A stretch of DNA of 63,942 nt, counting the filler, from Nemertoderma westbladi (Eukaryota > Animalia > Xenacoelomorpha): NCBI GenBank assembly GCA_032718475.1. It is 3 parts of 3 records of this genome, joined end to end, with 100 filler letters (N's around TTAATTAATTAA, not from the genome) between each part and the next. Parts side by side here need not be neighbours in the genome. Positions count along the whole stretch, not along the records: positions 1 to 30,965 come from JAUCBJ010005995.1; 2 more parts are not named here. One strand, written 5' to 3'. This document shows, in pieces, positions 1-11,975 of this stretch. Each line of letters opens with the position of its first letter. The stretch's first letter is position 1. Position numbers and translations under genes: made by a program. The notes beneath the pieces were generated by a model, which made no database searches, was not told the DNA's origin, and saw nothing but the letters and a program-made list of their open reading frames with translations.

Positions 1-513
1 CTGTCAGCAGATGATAGTGGCAATGGTGGTATTGGTCTATTGATGAATCCAACTGCGCATGCAGCATTGGACAAAATAGACCAAATCTCTAACCGCATCA
101 TCCGTTGCCACTTCTCATGTTCTGGAAGACTGGCTAAGAAAGTTTCCTAAGGTGGTTCTGATTGTGTGCTACTCTCCAACTAGTGTTGCCCCTGTAGAGG
201 AGGTGGAAAATTTCTACCACAATCTACAAGCACCTACTGATGGAGTGGATCAGCATGCATTCTTAACATTCCTGGGAGACTTTAATGCAAGTATGCACCA
301 TCACCTACATCGCCCTGGGTCTATAGCAATAGTGTTAACCGAAATTCCGTCCATCTTCAGGATTTTATCTCTGGAAATGGATTGTTTTCGGCTGGAACCC
401 AGTTCAAGAAGCGAACTGGAAAGCTATGGACTCATAGTGGACCCAGTGGTCACAAGTCCCAGATAGACCATATCCTGTTTCGTAGGAAATACAGGAGCTC
501 TTTACAAGACTGT
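1..513 (+). mobile_element. Degenerate RTE-like LINE APE endonuclease fragment
   Basis: Frameshifted translation gives GIGLL..., CYSPT...FY...LGDFNA and WTHSGPSGHKSQIDHILF, which are APE endonuclease motifs of non-LTR elements. Confidence 0.8.
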
Positions 514-571
514 CCTGAACTGGTTAACTGACTAACTGCAACTGGACTTAATTCAGTTAGTGTCTCTGGAG

Positions 572-601
572 AGTGGCTGAACTGGTTAGCGCTATTGATG
601 A
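572..601 (+). mobile_element. Truncated copy of the A-box/hammerhead element found at 47.7-48.0 kb
   Basis: AGTGGCTGAACTGGTTAGCGCTATTGATGA matches 47891-47920 at 29 of 30 positions. Confidence 0.75.
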
Positions 602-1764
602 CGTGCTTGCTTCCTATTTACTAGTTACTTTCGACGCTATCAAATTCATCCCTCTCGAGGGGAAAACAACAACTGATTAACCTCAAAAATAAAACCATAT
701 ATATATAACCTGTTCTATTGAGTTACCGAGTACGTTTATTGTTTTGGTTAGAATAACGTGGCTGTATAACTTGCTCCTTTCCATAAAACAAAACATTAAT
801 GCGCTGAGATGGGATTCCCCCCCCCCCCCCCCCCCACATGTCTAGAAACACTGGTTTGAGTTTATTTTAGAAGATGAAGAAAACAATCTTCTTTTTGATT
901 ATATAACAATTGAATATTGTATTTCCCAAACCTTTCCACTGGCTGCTGCACGAAATGTGCAATATTTATGTATTTATATTACAACAACTGGCTGTTTTTT
1001 CGGAGATAGAAAAACGCATTTAGGCTACCGGAATGACTCCTTAATGTTGGTGTTGGTACCTACAACCTTGAACACTTATGCAGCTTCCTTTTGAGAAATA
1101 TCAAGTTTTAATAACAATTGAACGCGCCTTCTCAACATTTTATTTTGTACATTATACAATTCTGGAATTAGTTGCCGATGTTCGTTCTCACATGTAAGGT
1201 CCTACACCTGTGGTGTGGTATGTCCTTAGCCGAAATTAACTGGCAGACTAGCTGTGGGTTAAAAATGTGGCAGTTGTCATACCACCCCATGGTCTAAATT
1301 TGCCGGGGTGGTATGGCCATGTATTTTTTCGAGTAAATACCGGTAACTTATCGAAAAGTTAATTAAATTTAATAAATTAAATAATAAATTTTATTTATTA
1401 TAATTTAATAAACATACGGTACTATACAAATTAATTACTATATGGGCACTGGGCAGATGGGAAAGAATTATTTCATTTCAGAAGGCTCCTGATAATGTGT
1501 GTTCATTATGAAGTAGTACAGTAATAAATGACACGACATTAAAATAAAGTAAAGTTATAGCATTTTGTGATGGGTTGACCAATGACCATGCACACGCACA
1601 CCACTCGCGAGGCCATACCATACGACCACGGTGTACCCCACTGGCCACTGGTACCGTTTGTTAATATGGCTGTCATTGTCATAGTGTCATATAAAGCTCA
1701 CTGTCAGACTGTACAGTTGATGCATTTATTATTATTACTAGTATACATACAATAGACAACTCAC

Positions 1765-1915
1765 CTGAGGATATATGTTTAGCATAATAAACGGCACCAA
1801 AACTCCCATGACCAATCTCGTGTAGATCAGCGAATACATCCTCGGGATCTGCATTACTGAATAACGCTTGCAGTGTTGGATCCCTGATGCTGCCTGGTTT
1901 ACTAGGCAGCGGCAT
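1765..1915 (-). CDS. TAOK: TAO (STE20-family) kinase, first coding exon; rest of gene not seen in window
   Basis: MPLPSKPGSIRDP...DPEDVFADLHEIGHGSFGAVYYA matches the TAO kinase N-terminus. The exon ends at a G|GTGAGT donor (1764), and an acceptor TTAACAG lies at 1949-1948. Confidence 0.88.
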
Positions 1916-2060
1916 ATCGCAGTTCAATAGTTGACCACCATACCGGCCTGTTAATCGTTAAATAAAACTTCGCAAACTGCTACATTAGCAAGGTACCGTC
2001 TGACCGTACAATTTCTGATTATAAATAAGTAGAAAAATCCATTAACAACCTAACAAATAC

Positions 2061-2637
2061 GGATACATGACCGAACGTCATCAGGATCGAATGTAACATA
2101 GTTATTTCGTATCGAACGTAACCTCAATTATGTTACATTGGATCCTATAACTATGTTACATTCGATCTACAAATTACTAAGCTCGAATGTAACATTGCCA
2201 TTTACAGATTTAAAGGAGCAGGTTACAGAGGCGTGTTGGGGGAACCAAAACAATAAACGAAAGTTAACAGATGTTACAAGATTATGCAGGTTACTTATAT
2301 TTAAATGCTGAAAGGAGCAGGTTACAGAGGCGTGTTGGGGGAACCAAAACAATAAACGAAAGTTAACACATGTTACAAGATTGCAGGTCACTTAATTGGG
2401 TCTTTGTTTTGTACTCACCAACACCAAACTGTTTCTTCCTGTAAATAAACGAAGCATTTCATCGGTTAAATCCTGAAATCAAAACACAACTGAAATAAAT
2501 GTATGTTACATTCGAGCTTAGTATTTTGTAGATCGAATGTAACATAGTTATAGGATCCAATGTAACATAATTGAGGTTACGTTCAATTCGTAAAAACTAT
2601 GTTACGTTCGATCCTGATTACGTTCGGTCTGTCACCC
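2061..2637. mobile_element. MITE, Mutator-like
   Basis: About 125-bp terminal inverted repeats (GACCGAACG...TCGAATGTAACA) and a 9-bp TSD AACAAATAC at 2052-2060 and 2638-2646. Confidence 0.85.
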
Positions 2638-2829
2638 AACAAATACCTATTTTTGGTCAATTTCTCGGCGCTGCGGCTGACATTGCTACAATTTGTAACA
2701 GATTGGCCCGGACATGCAGAGTTAGATTTTCAGCATATTTAGACTGGCCTACCACTCCGTATAGGCTACCACTCCACTTGCCACTTGTACATTATGTAAA
2801 TAATACTAATTGGTTTTGGGATTATTTTT

Positions 2830-2960
2830 TGTGATTTGGTTTGCGATTTGGTGTGATTTGGTTTGTGATTTGGCTGTTTGGTGTGATTTGGTGTCTGGCT
2901 GTTTGGTGTGATTTGGTGTCTGGCTGTTTGGGTGTGATTTGTTGTGATTTGGGTGTTTAG
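2830..2960. repeat. GT-rich simple repeat (TGTGATTTGG-like)
   Basis: Degenerate TGTGATTTGG/TGGCTGTTTGG units. Confidence 0.7.
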
Positions 2961-3739
2961 ACGGACCCAAAAGAAATACCATTTTCAAGGGGCGTGTTCA
3001 AGAACGTTTTTACTTACTATTACACTGTTACAGTATTATCAGATTATAGTACAGTGTACCTTCAGGTAGGCCTACTAACAATTTTTAGCTGACTGGCTGA
3101 CCAACTGACTGCTTTAGTTACGGTTACGGTACTTAGTTATAACTTTATAAGTCAGTCGGTGGTATAGGCGATTTTGGACTTGATCCAATTTTTGAACTTG
3201 CTAAGTCAAAATTGGACTTCCATTCCAATATCGGAATTAATTTTGATATGAATTACAGTTAATTTTCCACGGCCTACAATTTTTTCAGACGGGATCTGAA
3301 ATTTAACCTACATGTTCTTTACTACAAAATAAGAGTTTTAACCGTGCACGAGAAAATTTCACGGTGCACCACAAAGACAACCGACATTTAAAGTTTTGCG
3401 CGTCCAATTTTGGACTTTCAGACTTTAGGTCCAATTTTGTCTTTCCATCAGCACTATACTACTGTAATACAGTTTACAGAACACTGCAGTAAAATGGCAG
3501 AATGGGTAGTGTGTTAGTGTTGTTTGTATTGAACAACACATAGCAGCACTTAGCACTTAAACCCACAGTTGTCTTTCTGAATAATATTGAACTTAAGTAT
3601 TTACGCTATTTTGTTTCAATTTGTCAATGTACATACGTAAACAGATTTTAAAAACTAGAATGTCAATAAATATTATCAGAATGTGAAATGAAGTCTGCAC
3701 TGCAAACCAGCTCAAACCACCTAAAAAAAAACGTGCAGA

Positions 3740-5180
3740 AAACGACTGAAACAATCCGATCAAATGTTTAAGAGACCTTCGTGCAGCTGCAGCATGTTGG
3801 ATACTGAAACAATCTGTTGAAACGTTTAAGATACCTTCACGCAGTATGTGAGATACTGAAACTATCCGTTGAAACGTTGTGGCGTACTCCAACATTGTGT
3901 AACAAGCTGTTGAAACTTGAAACGTTTAAGAGACCTTCACGCAGCACGTGGCGAACTGTAACATTGTGTAACAAACTGTTGCAACGTTTAAGAGACCTTC
4001 GCGCAGCACGGGCGTGGCCCACTGTAACATTGTGTAACAAGCTGTTGAAACGTTTAAGAGACCTTCGCGCAGCACGTGGCCCACTGTAACATTGTATAAC
4101 AAGCTTTTGAATCGTTTAAGAGACCTTCGCGCAGCACGTGGCGTACTCCAACATTGTGTAACAACAAGCTGTTGAAACTTGAAACGTTTAAGAGACCCTC
4201 ACGCAGCACGTGGAGTACTGTAACATTGTGCAACAAACTGTTGAAACGTTTAAGAGACCTTCGCGCAGCACGTGGCGTACTGTAACATTGTTAACAAGCT
4301 GTTGAAACGTTTAAGAGACCTTCGTGCAGCACCTTGGATACTGAAACAATCTGTTGAAACGATTAAGATACCTTCCTGCCTTCACGCAGTATGTGAGATA
4401 CTGAAACAATCCGTTGAAACTTTTAAGAGACCTTCGCGCAGCATGTGGCGTACTGTAACATTGTTAAATGTTAACAAGCTGTTTAAACGTTTAAGAGACC
4501 TTCGTGCAGCACATTGGATACTGAAACAATCTGTTGAAACGATTAAGATACCTTCCTGACTGAAACAATCTGTTGAAACGATTAAGATACCTTCCTGCCT
4601 TCACGCAGTATGTGAGATACTGAAACAATCCGTTGAAACTTTTAAGAGACCTTCGCGCAGCATGTGGCGCACTGTAACATTGTTAAATGTTAACAAGCTG
4701 TTTAAACGTTTAAGAGACCTTCGTGCAGCACATGGGATACTGAAACAATCTGTTGAAACGATTAAGATACCTTCCTACCTTCACGCTGTATGTGAGATAC
4801 TGAAACAATCCGTTGAAACGTTTAAGGGACCTTTGCGCAGCATGTGGGGTACTGTAACAATCTGTTGAAACATTTACTGATTTAAGATACCTTCATAAGG
4901 TCATGGAACGTGAGATACTGAAACCATCTGTGTAAACGTTTATAAGAGCTTCATGCAGCACGTAGCATACTGTAACAGTAACATTGTGTAAGAAGCTGTT
5001 GAAACGTTTAAGAGACCTTCGCGCAGTACGTGAGATACTAAGGGACCGTCGTCGCTTCGTGCAGCATGTGGGGTACTGTAACAATCTGCTGAAATGTTGA
5101 AGATACCTTCGCACAGTATGTGAGATACTGAAATAATCTGTTGAAACGGTTCAAAGGCCTTTGCTCAGCACATGAGATAC
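3740..5180. repeat. Complex minisatellite, about 50-65 bp units
   Basis: Repeated GTTGAAACGTTTAAGAGACCTTCGCGCAGCACGTGG...ACTGTAACATTG, with higher-order duplications at 4300-4860. Confidence 0.9.
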
Positions 5181-5299
5181 CGGTAGGCCCTACTAAAACA
5201 ATATATTGACTGATTGAATGGGAGAATCTTTTTAGGCTCTTTAAGCCACGGATGATATCTGGATATTCCATAGCAGCATAGTAAACCTTCCATTATGTT

Positions 5300-5482
5300 T
5301 TCCAAAGTTGCCTTGGTTCCTATTTATCGACCACTCAAGGATGAAAGCTAGGGTTGGGCTAGGCTGCAGCATTTAAATCACTGTTCAGCTGTGCTCAAAC
5401 CATGCCCCACCTAGGGATCGAACCAGGGCTTCCTAATTGGAAGCCCAGCTGCCCAGGGATGTCACCAATAGACCAAGCTACT
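5300..5482 (-). mobile_element. tRNA-derived SINE, possibly with a Meta-type central domain
   Basis: A box TGGTCTATTGG (5475-5465) and B box GGTTCGATCCC (5424-5414), followed by GCTTTCATCCTTGAGTGGTCGATAAATAGG, which from memory resembles the MetaSINE conserved domain. Confidence 0.65.
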
Positions 5483-8400
5483 GTTTGGTCTTAGGGTCTA
5501 CAACTACAGGCAGACAGGTCTAGCTGTGCTTCTAGCGTACAACTGTGCGGTACAGGGTACACAGCTGTAGTCATGCTGTCATGCCATGCCCATACTGCCA
5601 TATCTGCATATAGACTTACGCCAGGTTGGAATTCATGCATGAGCGCGCAGGTATACTTCTGTACTTTGTTGTTTCGAGATCACCGCGCACCTGAAATTTG
5701 CTCGTCGCGCACCTCACCATAATCCATACTACTGTACTAAATCGCGCAGCTCATGTCATGCATATCTCAAAAAATCGCGCATACTACCGGTACTCGCTAC
5801 ATACTGACATACTACATAGCCTACTGACATACGCGCATTAGGCCTACTACTGCAGTATGTTTAAATAACTATACTGCTATATACGGTACCTGCTGACCTG
5901 TCACCTGTGACCTGTCTAGTGCAGTGGTGTGTTTACTGCTACTGCCTGACTGCTGCAGTAGGAGACCCTACTTTGTACTGCCCTACGCCTACATCCCTAC
6001 CAGCCTACTACAGTACTAGCCTGCTAGCTGCAGGCTGCAGCTAGTCAAACAATCTGCACTCCGACTGCAGAACTCTGCTCTGCAGTAGTCTGGTAGTACT
6101 ATCTGCCTAGGCCTATACAGCTATAGCAGTATACAGGTATAGTCAGAGAGTACAGAGTAGGCCTACTGCTCGGCTCCTACCGGTACTACACCAGTATGTC
6201 AGTATGTACGTACACCCTTCCCCTTCACCCTACCATCTGACCATGTAATATAGGTCTACTAAATACTGAAATAAAGTTGATCTATCATAAAATAAACTAT
6301 CATTTTGCCTGGGCAGGCCTAATTGTCTATTTTACATAAGGTGGTAACTGAGTACAGGGGTTAAGACGGGGCTATTGTATTTTGTGAAATGCAAACTTCG
6401 AACATGGCTTGAAAATATCTTAATATTGACACGACATTTGTTAATGCAGGATGGGGAATGGAGGGCTGGCATGTTTTTGTCAAATTCTCTCATTCTTCCA
6501 ATCTTTTTACTCATTTGCTAAGTAAAGTTCTCATTTTGTTCAGAGGTTAATGGGCTATATTTCTTCAGTCATAGTTCGGATGTATTTTTAACATATTTTG
6601 AAACGCTAAGATCGATTGTCGACAAACAGGGAGGTTTGACATCCTCCTTAAAACGCAAATCCCATCTTGGCGAATTAATATCCCGCCTCAATTTTAATTT
6701 CCCAATTTAGAAAAAGGAGCAGGTTACAGTGGCACGTTATTTTAATCAAAACAATAAACTAAACACAATATAACAGGTTACAGTTTTATTTTTGAAAGTT
6801 AATCAGCCTTTATTTGCGTCCAATTTCACCTGGAGAGGGATGAATTTTTATTGCATCCAGCCCCCCCCCCCCCCCCCCCCCCCCCCTATATGCATTGTTG
6901 ACAATCATTTTCATAAGTGATACTTATGAAAGGGGGTTGCCTGAACACAACAAAAATAAAAAATATCGTTTTGATTGGAAAAATACAAAATGTTATCCAG
7001 AGAAACACCAATTGCATTACATGTTATAATTTTTTCAGTAGTCACTAAATAAATTACCCTGGGCAGAGTAGTTTCACCCCCGGTTAAAGTACCGGTACCG
7101 AATTATAGTAGTGAATTATAATTGTTAATTCTAACCGGCTGATCGGGGGTGAAAATACACTAGGGAATTTTAACCGGGAGGTGAAAATACTCTTAGGAAT
7201 TTTAACCGGGCCGGGAGGTTAATTTTTAGGGGGGTGGAAATTTTCTGCTACACCGGTAGTTGTTATATTTACTCAATATCAATAGATACTATTTGCTATT
7301 TGCTCTTACCAATAATTGATAATATTTTAAATTTCCCGCCGTTACAAGTTTTATGATTATAAATTCTCGGCCGAGAAAACTAGCCAGAGAAAATAATTTA
7401 GATACATCTTACAGTAACTACTTTAAGTAATTTATCCCCCCCCCCCCCCCTACTGTATTATCGCAATGTTGTTGTTGGTTCTAATTCGGCGGAGGGCTGT
7501 TTTTTTGGGGCTTAGATAAATTATGGACAATTTTTCGATTCAGTTCTTTCAAATTGGTTTTCCTGATTTTTTTGATGTACAGTTGCTTGGTAATGAGGTG
7601 TTCTACTAGCTTATTTATGTATTTATTATTGATAGTAACAATGTTTCAAGAAAAATTGCGCGATTCCTAAATTTGTACACTACCCGGTTAAAAAGTACGC
7701 ATGTGATGACAATTGCGCCAATAAAAGATAAGTTATTTTCGGTAAAATAAACTTATCATTCGAGGTAAAGACCCCTAGATCCCTTCCTATAATAAATGTT
7801 ATTTATTTATGTAAACCTCCCTCGTTGCGCTCTCGGTATTATTTGCTGAAAATTCTTTCATTTTCAATATGAATGAAGCATTACGTAATGTACATTGTTA
7901 ATAAACCATTTGTCTGCCGTCATGTAATTATTTATTTACACCTGTCACGTTACACTACTTCCATGTTATATACAGTATACTACCGCGGGTATAGTACCAC
8001 AGTAACTACCTACATAATTAATTATTCTACTGTATATAATAGCTGTATAATGTTAAGTTGATTTATTTAATTATAATAAATTGCCTGTCTAATAAAATAT
8101 TCCAACTCATGCCTAGCAGTCTAGTCCTATGGAAGCCAGAGCGCAGATGACCAACTGACTGCATTACCACATAGGTAATTATTATATGTGTTCGAAACCT
8201 AATATAATATGCTCCATTAGTAGCCTACCAATTGATACTGTACAGTGAATAACGAGATATTGATTATGATAAAATAACTATAGCGATATTGAATGGCCAT
8301 TCAGTTTTACTTACACGTTTTATAATTGTAACCGTAGCTGAAGGAAAGTGTACTGAATTAACTTCATTACAAAAATGACATCAAGAAAATACCAAACCAT

Positions 8401-8494
8401 CTAAAATGTATACTTTACGCCTTTAAAACTTACCGACAGTGTTTTTCCAACCACTCTAATTTCATAATTTCAATTACTCTGGCTTCAAATCCTA

Positions 8495-9350
8495 ATAGTC
8501 AGGTCGCTTAACCTCAAAATAAGGTTGATGTGGACGTTCTGGACAAATAATAATTGGCACAGGTGTAGGTAATTATTGGTACAGTATTATACATTATTAT
8601 ACATTATTTATCGGTCCCATATTACCATGACAACAGGAGGTCATTTACAAAAGTCCACTTTCCAATAAACCTACAGTCTTCTAACCTTGACCTACCCCCC
8701 AAATATCAGCATCACAAATTCCATTAACGTCATTTAAAACCTGGTTACCATGGCAACTGATTCAATAACGAGTTTCAAACGCCGATTTTCAGTTAATTAA
8801 TAATTAATAATAATTACCCGAAAAATATAAAACCATTGATTAGTAATTGTTCCCCATGTGGAAATTTATTATCCCTGAGACCCTGTTAATTTCTAGTAGT
8901 TCAATTTAAATGGACCTGTGGTAGTCCTGTAACCATGGTCACATTAAGTCACGTAAACTATTTTGTCTCAGGGACAATACATATATCTATAATGTTAGAT
9001 GATTTTTCCAAATGTGGAACAATTATTAATCAATGGTTTATATTTTTCGGGTATTTACTGAAAATCGGCGTTTGAAACTCGTTTTTGAATCAGTTGCCAT
9101 GGTAACCGGGTTTAACAAATGACGTCAATGGAATCTCTGATGCTGACATGTGGGGGTAGGTCAAGGTTTAAAGACTGAGGTTTGTTGGAAGGTGAACTTT
9201 TGTAAATGACCACCTGTTGTCATGGTAATATGGGGACGATAAATAATGTTGCAAAGTTGGTCCCCTTAAAAAATGAAAGGTACTTAAAGGTAATTTGAAA
9301 GGTAATTTTATGCAGAACGTCCACATTAACTTGCTAATCGACCTGACTAT
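8495..9350. mobile_element. Foldback/MITE with long inverted arms
   Basis: Inner arms about 8601-8873 and 8997-9249 are reverse complements. Outer ATAGTCAGGTCG/CGACCTGACTAT and GTGGACGTTCTG/CAGAACGTCCAC also pair. Confidence 0.8.
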
Positions 9351-9784
9351 AAGGCTTATACCATCTCAGTAGATTTACTTAATTTACTTTATTAAACATC
9401 GTTCTGGAATTACCAAGTTAACCAAATTACCTTGTTTTTACCAAGGGGCAAGTTAAAAATTTATTTTATGTCTCTAGATTTAAAGACGAGGAACTAATAA
9501 CTAAATAATTAATTTGCTATGTTTGTGGAACTAAAACTCATCAAAACATTTGAATTTATTACAATGGCCATTACCATAAAAATTGGTATAATGAAAATTG
9601 GAATTATTACCAATTCGATCTATGCAGTATCACCAACCCTATTATTATTCAGTTGATCTGTTTTAATAATAAGTAGGCCTACTGTAAGGGCCTACTGCGT
9701 ATTTAACATCCATCAATTGTATAAATTAAGTAATTTAAACAGAACTTACGATGAACAACTCTATCGCAAAATACAATATAAATT

Positions 9785-9856
9785 CGCTACCAGCAGAGAT
9801 CGAACCCGTTTCTACCAACAGTATACAGTACTGACCACGACACCATGGGTGCTCCT
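9785..9856 (-). mobile_element. tRNA-like SINE head
   Basis: A box TGGTGTCGTGG (9845-9835) and B box GGTTCGATCTC (9806-9796) at tRNA-like spacing. Confidence 0.6.
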
Positions 9857-11722
9857 ACTACTGTACTGGCTACGAAACCATAGCTGCTCCACTGACCACG
9901 ACACCACGGGTGCTCCTAATGACAACAACACCTTGGGTGCTCCTGCTGACCACATCGCCATGGTGTTCCTACATACCACGACTCCACGGTGCCGTTAATG
10001 ACAACAACACCTCGGGTGCTCCTATGACCACGACATCACGGGTGCTCCTAATGACAACAACACCTCTGGTGGTCCTACTGATCACAACGCCATGGGGTGC
10101 TCTTACTAACCACGACACCATAGATAGTCCTACAGACCACGACGCCATGGGTGCTCCTACAGACCACGACACCACGGGTGCTCCTACAAACCACGACACC
10201 ACGGGTGCTCCTGATGACAACAACACCTTGGGCTTGGGTGCACCTACTGACCATAACACCATGGGTGCTCCTACCGACCTTAACGCCATAGGGGTTCCTA
10301 CTGACCACGACGCCATGGGTGCTCCTACTGACCACGACATCACGAGTGTTCCTACAGACCACGACACCACGGGTGTTCTTACAGACCACGACATCACGGG
10401 TGCTCCTACAGAGCATGACACCACGGGTGCTCCTGATGACAACAATACCTTGGGTGCTCCTATTGACCACAACACCATGGGTGCTCCTACTGACCACGAC
10501 ACTGTGCTCCTACAGACCACGACATCACGGGTGCTCCTGATGACAACAACACCTTGGGTGCTCCTATTGACCACAACACCATGGGTGCTCCTACTGATCA
10601 CGACACTGTGCTCCTACAGACCACAACACCACGGGTGCTCCTACAAACCACGACTCCATGGATGCTCCTGGTGACAACAACACCATGGGTGCACCTACTG
10701 ACCATAACGCCATGGGTGCTCCTACTGATCAAAAAATCATGGGTGCTCCTAATGACAACAACAGCTCTGGTGATCCCACTGATCACAACGCCATGGGGTG
10801 CTCTTACTAACCACGACACCATATAGTCCTACTGACCACGACGCCACGGGTGCTCCTACAGAGCACGACGCCACGGGTGCTCCTAATGACAACAACACCC
10901 CTGGTGATCATACTGATCACAACGCCATGGGGTGCTCTTACTAACAAAGACACCATATATAGTCCTACCGATCACGACACCACGGGTGTTCCTACTAACC
11001 ACAACACCATGGGTGCTCCTACTGTACTGGCTACGAAACCACGGCTGCTCCTCTGACCACGACACCACGGGTGATCCTAATGACAACAACACCTTGGGCT
11101 TGGGTGCACCTACTGACCATAACACCATGGGTGCTCCTACTGACCTTAACGCCATAGGGGTTCCTACTGACCACGACACCATGGGTGCTCCTACTGACCA
11201 CGATACCACGAGTGTTCCTACAGACCACGACACCACGGGTGTTCTTACAGACCTCATCACGGGTGCTCCTACAGACCATGACACCACGGGTGCTCCTGAT
11301 GACAACAATACCTTGGGTGCTCCTATTGACCACAACACCATGGGTGCTCCTACTGACCACGACACTGTGCTCCTACAGACCACGACACCATGGATGCTCC
11401 TGGTGACAACACCATGGGTGCACCTACTGACCATAACGCCATGGGTGCTCCTACTGACCACAACACCATGGTTGCTCCCTCCTACTGACCACAACACCAT
11501 GGGTGCTCCGACTGGCCACAACACCATGGTTGCTCCTACTGACCATAACGCCAAAGGTGCTCCTACTGACCATAACGCCATGGGTGCTCCTACTTACCAC
11601 GACACCATGGGTGCTCCTACTGACCACGACACCATGGGTGCTCCTACTGACCACGACACCATGGGTGCTCCAACTGATCACGACACAACCGGTGCTCCTA
11701 CTGACCACAACACCATTGGTGC
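9829..11722. repeat. 27-bp minisatellite (ATGGGTGCTCCTACTGACCACGACACC)n with higher-order duplications
   Basis: About 70 degenerate units. Blocks such as TTGGGCTTGGGTGCACC...GCCATAGGGG recur at 10228 and 11094. Confidence 0.95.
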
Positions 11723-11975
11723 TTCTTCGAAGCCCTCCAGGGAAATGTTATTGTAATAGTGGAGTGAATAAGAAAAAGTCAGCTAAGTAAATTCAGCCCG
11801 TATTTTATGAGGAAAATTTAGTAAATAGGTTGTTATTGTCAACGAGTTGTTTATCATTTTTATGAACAAAACAAATATTCGTAAACGTGACATTCAATAT
11901 TTTAATATTCGAAAATAAAGAAAACCAAATATTTATCATCTAAATTAGAATTTATTTAAAATAAATAACGTTTAT

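Noticed and set aside
3740-5180. CRISPR-like array (units contain GTTGAAAC)
   Set aside because: The intervening sequences are homologous to each other rather than unique spacers; eukaryotic context with no cas genes.
9717-11790. Mucin-like ORFs (GAPTDHDT repeats)
   Set aside because: Open in several frames on both strands because of the 27-bp unit; frequent frameshifts, and no signal peptide or splice structure.
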